From IMG/VR virus record IMGVR_UViG_3300005282_000008, positions 1-64,000 of that record: a stretch of DNA of 64,000 nt. One strand, given 5' to 3'. Positions 50,301 through 62,300 of the stretch are shown in pieces. Source of the DNA: a virus. Lineage: Duplodnaviria > Caudoviricetes. Within the stretch, counting starts at the first letter, position 1. Every line of letters starts with the position of its first letter. The notes below the pieces were generated by a model, which saw only the letters and a program-made list of their open reading frames with translations, had not been told where the DNA came from and ran no database searches. The position numbers were made by a program, and so were the translations under genes.

Positions 50301-53300
50301 GTAACCGATCTTATAAAGATGCAAGAACTATCTAACTTATCGTTAGATGATACTATCAATAGATATAATGCGTATAATGGTTTATTCTTTAATGATAAAT
50401 ATGCAACTAAAGGTATATCTTTTGATAAGGCAACAAAAGATATGTCTAAAGTTGAAAGACGTAACTTTGCAGCATCAATGCTAGCAAAAGATGAGATAAA
50501 CCATTATGTTAGTAATACCAATAAAGATAAAGAAGGTATGGCTTCATATGTAGATGACATCTCAAAAGAAGCAAATGCTAGAGGTACGGTAGAATCATTG
50601 CAAGCAATAAGTCAACCAACTTCTGCATCAGAAATACAAAATACAGTTGCATCAGTACAGCCTTTAACCCATATTGAAGAGTCTACTCCAATAGAAGATA
50701 CACAGAAACAACAAGAAGTACATCTAGAAAGTTTAAAAACGCATATAGATGAAACTGGTAACATACTTACTACTTTAAAGAATAATCCTGAGAATACTAT
50801 AAAGTATTTACCAAAAGAACTTAGGAAAGAAGTTGGTAAGAATGGTTTTGTTAAAACCGTTAATAAGTATGAAAGACAATTAGATTCATTACAGACTGAA
50901 TATAATAAAGGTGTCACTAAAGCACCAACAGTAGATCCTACCGAAGTTAATCCAAAGAAGTTAGAAGTAGTTGAAAAGATTAAGAAAGCATATAACGACG
51001 TATCCTCTGCTTATGCTGATAGAACTAATGAACTTAATGATCTTGCTGCTAAAAATGGTGGTACAATTACAGATGAACAAGCACTTAGTGTTATTAATAG
51101 TTATCGTACTAGAATAAATGAAGCTACCTACAGACATCAGGACGCTTTAAAAGAATTAAATAAACCCGAGTACGTTAGTACTAAAGAACCAACTAGAGTA
51201 GAACAACCTAGTCATATTGCTGAACTTAGCAATGAGGAAGTTCAGCCATCTTTACCAGTTGAAGAGATTGTTCCAGTCGAGGAAGAACAACAACCTCAAA
51301 TGGAAATAAAAGCATCTGAGCAAGACGGATTTATGTCTACTCTAGATAAGATGGTTGCTGAATCTCCAGAGTTTAGAACATTGCCTGTTAATAAACAGCG
51401 TAATGAGATAAACAGGATGAGACGTAGGGCTTTGAAAGAAAATCCAGAACGTGAGACTGAAATTAAGACCTATTTCGATGATTTAATAAGCAAATCGATA
51501 GTTCCTTCACAGAAAGAACAAGAGTCGCTTAAAACGCCTAAGAATGCGCCACAGGAGGTATCTCCAACAACTGCTATTGAAACTCCAAAGGTAACTTCAA
51601 AAAAGTCATTAAATCAAATATTATCTGATAATGCTGCAGAAGGTAAACTTAGTGTTGAAAGTGGCGAGATTACACATACTGAAGAAAAACCGGTAGAAGT
51701 TGCACCAGAACCAATTGTTACTGAAAAGGAAACAATTAAAGTAGAACCGACTCCTGTTATTGCTCCAGAGGTTGAAGAAAAACCAGCGCAATGGGTAATA
51801 GATCAAGCAATGAATTTATTGGTTGATTCTGAACAAACTACTGAACAATTAAATGCTAAAATCTTAAGTAATGAGGTAGCACCTAATCAGATTGAAGGTA
51901 CCCCTGGTTCTATTATGGATATAATGTTAAATTATGATCCTACTAATAGTAAACCAATGACTATTGAAGGTTATCCGAATGTTAAATCAGGTAAAGAACT
52001 TGCTAAAGTTTTAGATAAACCAAATGCATTAGATGAACTTGATACTGAAATTGTAATTAGAGATTGGAAAAAGAATAGTAGTTTTGATCCAACTAAAGAA
52101 TCTACATATGATAATGCTGGTATTTATATAATACTTACCGATAAGAATGGTAATCAATACGCGACTGCATTAAGAACTACACAGTGGGTTAAAGATAATA
52201 TTGTTTCTGAAGAGGTAGGTAATAGGCTTAATGAACTTAGAACTAAGATTATTAGATTATCTGAACAGATTAAAAGTCAACCAAATGCCATATTGAAACC
52301 TACTAAAGTAAGTAGAAATAACGGTTTATTTGATAATCAAACTGATGCAAATGGTGCACCAATATATAGACCTATTCATGAAATAAAAGGGTTTGATATA
52401 CCTAAAGATTTTAAAGAAATCGATAAAGGTAGTGTAACATTAGGTATAGGTCGTGGAGTTAGATATGGTAATACTATTATGGATATGTTTGGTGATCCAT
52501 TACCAGGTGCTGGTGCTTCTGGTAAGATCTATATATATCCAAAAGTAACAAATGTACCAGATGGTAAATCAATGGTAAATATACAGTTACGAGAGAAACC
52601 ATTTAAAACTAGTGCACAATCTAGAGAGATTGCTTCATTGATTTATGATACTCTAATAACAAAGTATAATAATAATGACTTTGCTATGCAAGTTATGCAT
52701 AATGGTACATTGATAGATACTCCATTTACTCCATATGTGTTAGGTAGATTCTTAGTTAACAATAGTGAAAAGACATTATTGAAGACTGAGAGTATGGCTG
52801 AACAATATCCATTCTTGGCTGCAAAACAATTGTTTGTTGATACTAAGAATGGTAAAGTATATTATGGTAATGAAGTGCATACATTGTCTGATATGCAAAA
52901 TGATCCTAAGTTAAAAGAAGAATTTATTCAACATATTATAAATAATCAACACTGGGCAATGGACAAAGAGTGGTTATTTAATAATATGCGAGATAATTTA
53001 CTCGGATCTAAAGTTACTGCTACATCTTACTTTAATAAAACTAAATCTGATAAGTTATCTTTTATACCTGGAGAATTAGAATTTGATAAATCTGATTTTG
53101 GTTTAATCTCAGATCAATACGAAACGAAAGAAGATCCAAATGATAAAGGATTATCTTGGATGGCATGGTATACTAAAAATGGTAAATTAGTATCCGATTT
53201 AAGTGATAATTTATTTAAATCGCCAATAAATTATATTGAAGATGTCGAAATAGCACAAAAGACTAAAACGAGTTCACCAGAAATCATAGAAGCACAATCC

Positions 53301-56300
53301 ATAAAAGAAGAACAAGTTACTACAACTGAAGTAAAAGAAATACCAAACGTACCTGTTGAAGAAGAAAGACCAAAGTCTTTAAATAGTATATTGGCTGCTT
53401 TTGGAGATAAAGCTGAAGTTTCTACTGATGATCAGATTATACCCGATTCTGAATCAGTGTATACTGCTGATCAAAATGCTGATCTTGATGATATGCTTGG
53501 AGGTCTTGGTGTAGGTGCATGGAAACCTTTTATAAAAGCAACTAATCGTAAAATCAATACTGCAAAAGCAGTTAAATGGCTTAATCACAAACTTGGTTTA
53601 GATCCCAATGAAGTTAAGATCACTAGTACTCTTATACATGCAAATAAAGCAGGTATGAAGGTAGTTGGTGGTATGACCACCGATAGTATTTTACTTTGGG
53701 AAGGTGCTGAAAAGGGTGTTGAATATCATGAAGCATTCCATAGAGTTTCATTGTTATTGTTTAATGATAACGAAAGAAAGAACCTATACGATTACTATAG
53801 AAGTAAGAATAAGGTATATAAGATGTCTGATAAAGATGTTGATGAAAATCTTGCTGATGAATTCATGGACTTTAACTTAAACCCATTTATAAAACATGGT
53901 TATGAAATTGTTAGAGGATTTAAGAAAATGCTACAATTCTTACATGTTATAAAAGATGCAACTCCTAATCAAGCATATGAGGTATTTAGAGCCATCAATA
54001 GTGGTAAGTTTGCTGGTATCGCATACAATCCAAAATCAGTTGAAAGATTTCAACAGATATATGGAGATATGGCACCATATAGTTTTAATGGTAAAGCATT
54101 TAAGAATATTCCAACTTTAACTGACTATTATAACATTGTTGAGAGTTTGCAAGCTTTGTTATTCAGTTCTAATAATGTTGAAACTATACAAGATGTTGAT
54201 AACATTGATACTAATAGATTATACAATGCATTAGTTAAAGAATCAAATTCAGAATTACGAAGTCCTGCGCAACGTGAAACGTTAAAGGAAATTGTTGATA
54301 GATTTGAAACAGACTTTTTACCTGATGTAAAGAAATCTTTAAAACAATTTGCTATACGTGTTATAGATAGAAATAGCGCAGAAGAGACCGAAAAAGCTGA
54401 GAATGAAGGTACAAATGTACCATTTGCTGATAAAGCATCATACGAAGTAGATAAAGTTGATAATGCACAGATGTCTGTTAAGATGTTTATTGCTGCTACA
54501 CCAAAAGTTAAATTTGAATATAGTACCAAAGATGGTGTTTTACAAAAGAGATTAGTTGCAGCATCAGAACCTTTATCTGGTTTACCATTAATTGACGATT
54601 ATAAAACAGCATTTCATACAGTATTAGAAAGATTGCATAACTTTGATACATGGGATAAGATATTAAAAGAAACAGAACGTCTTGGTAAAGATGATCCGTT
54701 TTTTCAGAATCTATACTTAAGATTAAGCAATCCTCGAATTGTAAGTGAGAATTTACAAACACAGTTCTTAACTACAGTATGCAGTAATAAACATAACATG
54801 ATTTATTTAAGTTATGCTTATAACACCTCTCCAGTTGATGATAGAACTTTACAGGTATCTTTTAGAGTAGGTGATAGTAATATACAAAGAACTTCTAGGC
54901 AATATGCTAGTCAATGGAGTAACACTTTCTATAATGGAGATTTGTTAATATCAACTGAAAGTGGTATTGTTGCAAATGCTGATAAGTTGGAATCTATATG
55001 TAGAGAATATAATCAACTATCATCAGATTATTCTAAAGAATTTGATGCAAATAAGATTAATGATATAGGTGTAATAAATGCTAAAAAAGAACTTATTAAT
55101 ATTTTATCTAAACTTGGTGTTAACATTGACTTAGAAGTATTAAATGACTATCTTGCTCAGAATAACAAACTTGGCACAATGGATAAGGCTAAGGAACTTA
55201 GACATCTATTGACATCTAGTTACGCTGGTTCATTAAGTTACTTATTCTCATGGAATACTACCAAAACTAAAAATAGTAGAACTGGTTTATTACAATCTGT
55301 TGCTAATGGTGATGTATTGAAATATAAAGAAGGTGGTATTGAAAAAGTAAAACGTTTAAATGAAATATTTAAAGGTGAAGCTACAATCAATAAGTTTGCG
55401 GATAGTAATGCAAGAGTACACCCAAGATTAGATAGTATGTCAGTAATGGGTGCTGATGGTAATATGTTATATCCAATATCACAGAATTGTTATGCCACAG
55501 ATCAGACTAGATGGTTAAATGATAACAATGATGGTATTGTTGATAAGATGCAAAATGTTACATATAATAAACATTCTGTATTACTCCAGCATTTAAAGAA
55601 TGGTAATAAAATATCATTAAATACTTTTATTAACTTTGTAGAAGATTCTGCTGGTGATAGAGGTCGTGATTACTTAAGTATATCTGATTCTGAGGATTTC
55701 TTAAGTAAAATGACATTAGTTAGTAATGACTATTTAGTTTATCCTACAATGGCTGATAAAAAGATGTATTTTACCATCGGTGGTTATAAATTAAATCATC
55801 AGCCAATTAGATTTATAAATCGTGAAGATGGTAGAGGTAAATATGTTCAGTTTAATCAAGGTGTAGTAGATACTCTATATGGATATATGATTGATGAATT
55901 AAATACAATTGATCAATTCTATAGTAAAGAATCTCAAGAAGAACTTAGGTTGCATCCTGAAAAAGCAGTTAAGAATTATCATACTCTAGAGAAAGGTGGT
56001 AGACTTCGTTACTTTAATAAGATATATAAAGAAAATGCAGATGGTACTCGTACTATGATCGACTTGAATAAAGACATCATGGATGATAAGAGTATGACTG
56101 TTGAACAACGTATATCTAGAGTAAAAGAAGAGTTGCTTGGTAAACAGGATGCTACTGGCAAATATAACCAAATGCATGCAGAACAAGTTGTTAATAATAT
56201 GTTAGCAATGCGTTACATGGACGATATGAATAAAGCAGTTGAATTGGGTTTAATAGAAAAAACTGCTAATAACATGTATCAGAATAAGTTGTTAGACCAA

Positions 56301-59300
56301 GTTAAACTTGCTGAATATATGGATAAATATTCCAATGATCCTGTAACATCAGCATTCCCTGAAACTTATGCAGTACGTGCAATGTTAGCAGATTATTCAG
56401 TTGGTTCTGTTATATCAGTAATGGAGTTTGAAAAGTTGTTTACAAAAGATCCAGCATACTATAAAAACACTGATGATAAGATCAAACGTGTTACAGCAGT
56501 ATTATCAACTGGTGATGGAATAAGAACCCAATGGGAACCAGGTAATCCTGCAAATGGTGAAACTAAATTTAATGTAACTGAATTCAAAGATAATGAGATT
56601 GTAAGTAATCAAATTAAACAACTTAATGATGAATTTACATATGCTAATTTACGTGATTTACTTATAGCAACTTCTAAATATGATGGGAAACCTATTACAG
56701 AAAATAATGTAGATAAGTTATTAGAGTTAAGTGAAGAAGAAAGAAAGGATAAACTTAAAGACTATACTCAATTAAAAGCAAAAGCCTCAGCGCTTGCTAA
56801 TAACGGTTTGGATGCATATGGCCCAGGTAGAATTAATCAAACTGATGCTACTGTTATAATTGGTCCACGTATGTATCAGAAGATTGTAAAAGGTTTAGGA
56901 GAATGGTCAGAAGATGTTGCTAAAGCTTTTGAAATAATGGAAGGTGATGGTAATTTCTTATCAGATGCAGCATTATATCAAGCCTCTTTAAAGACTCTGA
57001 TAAAACCATTAAAAACAATGTACTTTGGTGATCACTTTGACGCCAAACTCGGATTAGATGTTCCAGTATTCAATAAAATGGCAATGTTCCCATTATTTAA
57101 AGTTTTAGCTAAAGGTGATAGTAGAACTTTATATGATAGAATGAATAAAGAAAATGATATCGTTGATATGGTAGCATTTTCATCAGCTGTAAAAGTTGGT
57201 ACTAAAAAAGCAAGTTCATTCTATACAGACAATACCAATACTGCAATAAACGATTTATCTGGAGTACAGGTATACCAACAGGATTACAAATATTTGCGTA
57301 GACAGTTAGTTACAGATCCACACCATGCTGAAAGACAGTTATTTGGTACGCAGGCTTCTAAAGCTGCTTTATCAAATCTTAGAATGGATAGAACTTATGG
57401 AGAAGGTGATAACAAATATACTGGTACTCAGATTAAATCTGAGGTTATGGGTACAATTAAAGCATTATCTAGTAAAGGTTTGAATAGATTCTTAGATAGC
57501 ATTACTAAAGTAAATGAAGATGGAAGTAGAACAAAAGATAATGTTCTACTATCTAAAATGCTTATACGTGAGGCCGAATCAGGCGGTATGACGAACGATG
57601 TCATTGAAGGCTTACAATTAGTCAATGGTGAGTTTAAAGTGCCTCTATCGGCTTTATCTGACGCCAAATGGATCGAGAGTAGGTTTATATCATTGTTGAA
57701 TAAAGAAGCAGTTGATATTCAACTACCAGGTGGTGCATTTATTCAAAGATCATCATTTGGTTTTAAACAAATAACTACTTTATCTGACGGCACTCTAGAT
57801 AGAGGTAAATATCTTAATTTTAGAAATGACGACGGTAGTATGGATACTGAAATATCTATAAACTTACTAGCGCATGTTATTCCTAATTATGATAAGATGT
57901 CTTTTGAAGAAGCTAGACAATACTTAATTGATAATAATATTATTGGTGAAAATTCATCGCCTAGTGCAATGGGTTATCGTATTCCTACACAGGGGCAGTC
58001 TTCAATTGTATCATTACGTATTAAAGAAGTAATGCCATCTATCGTTGGTGATATGATAATATTACCAGATGAATTTACAGCACTTACTGGTTCTGACTTT
58101 GATATTGATAAACTATATGTTGCTAGATTTAATTATGAAACATATGAAGAAGACGGCACTAAAAAGATTAGAAAAGTACAGTTTAATGACAATGTAGAAC
58201 AAGGTAAGAATAAGTTTGAAGAGAATGGCCGTGAAGCTAACGAAAATAGATTGTTAGATATGTATATGACAGTTCTTAATGATAAGTCAAATGTACATGA
58301 AACTAAAGCATCATTAGATGCACCAACTGAGAAATTAAAGAGTGGTGCATTAAAAGCAGTACGTGCTGCAATTACTTCAAAGAATGAAAGTCCTTTCTAT
58401 GAATTATCACCATCTTATCAGTTAAATAAGAAACATGAGTATACTGGTGGTAAAGCTGGCATTGCACCATTTGCGTTGAATAATGTGCATCATGTTTTAA
58501 CACAGTTATTTAATATAGATTTTGCAACTAATACAAAAGGTGAGTTTAAAGGTGCGCTTGGTAAATATGGATTTGGTACCTTATCAGAAATACATGGTAA
58601 GGATGGATTCCGTATTCTAGACTGGTTATCTGCTATGATTAATGCACACGTAGACGTTGCAAAAGATCCTTATATCATTGAGTTGAATGTTACACAACCG
58701 ACATATAATATGACTAACTTCTTATTAAGAAGTGGTATGGGTGAAGGTACATTTTATTTCTTACCACAACCTATTCTAAAAGAATATGTTACTGAAATGG
58801 AAAAACTTAATGGTCGATATGGTATTGATAAAACTAAGTCTAACTTTACATTACGTAGAGATGCTGTAACTGCATTAAAGAACAAGTATATTGAAAACGC
58901 TAGAGTTCTTGCTGGTGATAATAAGTCTAAACTAAGTTTATTAGAAGAATTAGATAATGTCGATGAAAGAAGTGGTTTAAACAAAGCTGGAGACCCGTAT
59001 GTATTTACTATTAAATTCTTAAATGACCAATTAACTTCTTTTAAAAATAAAACTAATGATTTTGATTATTTCTATAATCAGTTATTGATATTAAATGCTT
59101 ATCAAGAACTCACTCCATTTGCAGAAGAATTATCAGAACTGGTACATATCTCACAGATTGATACTAAGAAGTTTGGTAATAGTTTTGCATTACAACAGAG
59201 ATTCTTATATAGAGTAAGAAACATGTTATCTTCTACTAGTGCATTTGATAAAGAAGATCTTATAAGATTATTTGAAGATTCATTCTTAGATGCCAAATTA

Positions 59301-62300
59301 CGCAATAGTGTTATTGCTGGTAATGAATTAGCTAAAGATATGTTAATAACATCAACTGATGCTTTTAATCAGGAAATGGAATCAATAATGTCTAAAACTA
59401 ACCATAGTAAGACAAAGGATGAAACCTTTATTAAGAATGTATCTAATGGTATAGAAGCGTTTGTTAGAAGTAAATTCTTTACTGAATATGCTGCAGATAA
59501 TGCTGAAAATCCTTATATGGATACTTATAACTTATTCTATAATAATCCATCTGCTGGTACTTTAAGTATGGCAAACCGATTTGCTAAGATTAAGTCTGAT
59601 ATGATTAATGGTAAATATCCTGAATTCATAGATAAGGAAGGACGTATTGTTGATGATTTTATAAATTATCTATCTGCTCAACCAAAGACTGAGAATGATT
59701 TATGGAATATACCAGATGTAATTGGTCGTAATGTACCAATTGGTACTGATAAGTATTTACAAGATAAACTTACTAGTTATTGGAATGAACTTATTAATAA
59801 TAAACAATATCCTGAATTAGCACAGTTTGGTAAAGATCTAGTATACTATGCATTTGTGACATCTGGTGGTAATACTAAACTTAATTCTATATTTCATTTA
59901 GTACCATCTGATTACTTAGCTGAAATAGGTTATCATAATTCAATAAAACAATCTCTTGAAGATTTAACAAATAATTCATTTGATATTGACACTGATGATA
60001 TATTTAAAAACAATTGGTGGAATGGAAATCTAGTTCCTGATATTACTCTAGATAAGGGTAATAGTCATATTGCTAGAGTAAATTCTACTATAGAAATACC
60101 AGGCACTCATATTAAGTATCCGATTGTACTATTCAATCATAAAGCAAATCCAATAGGTATCAATAGCGATGGTGAAACTTTATTTAGACCTTATATTAAA
60201 GCTAACTTAGATAAATCTAAGAACCCTAATACAACTTTACTATATAAGTATATTGGTAATTATAATTATGTTTCAAACTTTGGAGGTAAAACAGAAGTGT
60301 CTGTAAAACCTGTATATGTTTTAGTTAATAAGAAAGGTTTAAGCCAAGAAGGTGTATTCATCGTAGAACATGATGGTTATAGTAATTCAGCATTTGGTTT
60401 TAATAACATACCAAGTGCAGTAGATTTCCATACTTCAGACCCTACTACTGGTTTTATGTTAGATGGCAGTAGTGCTGCAAATGTAGCATTAGTTAACTCA
60501 ACCAATCTACGTAGTACTGAAAAAGTAAAATTAATGTCAACTTTAAATAAGATTGAGTATATAAAGAACTTTGATATTGAAGATGCTGCTTATACTAAAA
60601 CTTATGATGATATTATGCTTGGTGAAGATAATGAATTATCTCAAGAAGAACAATTAGATATTGCTAGATCAGTATTACTTGCGGACGATGAAGCAGAAGG
60701 TGATATTGTTACTAATAAATTTAGAGGTAATACAGGTTGGGCTAGACACTCTGAAAATTCTTATGAAGTATCTTCTGCTGGAGATAATAGATTTAGTGCA
60801 TTAAGTGCTAGATTAAAAGATGGTAGAACTATAGAAGAAGCGTATCAATTAGATGTAAAAGGTTATCGTAATCTAAACTACACTTGGCAACAAGCAAAGA
60901 AAGATCATGGTGTAAATGCACCAATTAAATTAAATGAGGAGCAGTTATATAATGCATATAAAGAGTTGTGGCAACAATGGGCTGATGAGAATCCAGAGTT
61001 AATGCAAGAACTACGTAATAACACTGTTGATAAAATATTAACTGATAAATTTGCAACAGGTCTTGTTACACAAGCACGCGCGTTATCTGAGATATTAAAT
61101 GAAACTGAAGGCATATCTATGCCAATTGTAGATTCTGAAGTAAGAGATACCGATATTGCTAAACCGCAATACTATATTGGCAATATTACTCCAGATGAAA
61201 ATACTATATTTGTATTTGGAAGCAATCCGGTTGGTATAAATGGTAATCCAGCAAAAGGAACTGGTGGGGCTGCTTTAGTGGCATCTACACAATTTGGAGT
61301 AAAACAAGGAGAACGAATGGATAACAAGTTATCAGATTCTGGTAATGCGTATGGGTTAACTACTGTTACATACCCTGGTAGAAAGAGATCAATGTCTCCT
61401 GAACAAATTACGCAAGGTATTAAAAAGCTATATGAAACTGCAAAACTAAATCCAGATAAACAATTTAAGATTGCTTATAGGAATACTACTGAAAAATCAT
61501 TAAATGGTTATACTGGATTAGAAATGATTGATATGTTTAATGCTGCTGGAGAAATTCCTACCAATATTGTATTTAGTAAAGAATGGTTTGATACTGGTTT
61601 ATTAGACCTCGCTAAAGTAGTAGCAACAACAGAACAAGAAGTCGCACTATCCTTACCAGTGAATGGAAAAGAGGTTGTTTATAATAACCAAACCTTTATA
61701 GTTACACCGAATGGAAAAGTATATGGAAAAGATGGTAAAGAAAAGTATACTAGTACCGATAAAGGTACAATGCTATCTAAAAGTGCTATTTTAAATAAAG
61801 CATTTTTTCCATCTGCAACTTTACCAACAACAATTACTAAAAAGGCAAATCCCATTATTACAGATAATGGTATAAAAATATCTGGTGAGAATCCAAATAT
61901 TATAAATATAAATGGTAGACAAATTGATATAAAACAATATGGTGTTCCATTTAAACTTAATAGTGACCAAATAACAGCGTTAACTAGAATTGATGATTGG
62001 TATAACAATAGTGATACTATATCTCATACTTTAATAGGTGCTGCTGGTACAGGCAAGACGTCTATAACTAAAGTAATAGTAAATAGTATAGCTAGTCAAC
62101 ATCCTAGAGCAGATATAGTATTAGCATCATTTACACATAGTGCAGTTAAGAACTTAGCTAAACTTACAGGTAGAGAGGCAATTACTATTCATAGTATGCT
62201 TGGATTAAGTCTTAATTACGATCTTGATAACTTTAAATTAGACGATTTAAACTTTGAAAAAGTTAATGATGGTCATAAATTTGAAGAGAACGGTATCATT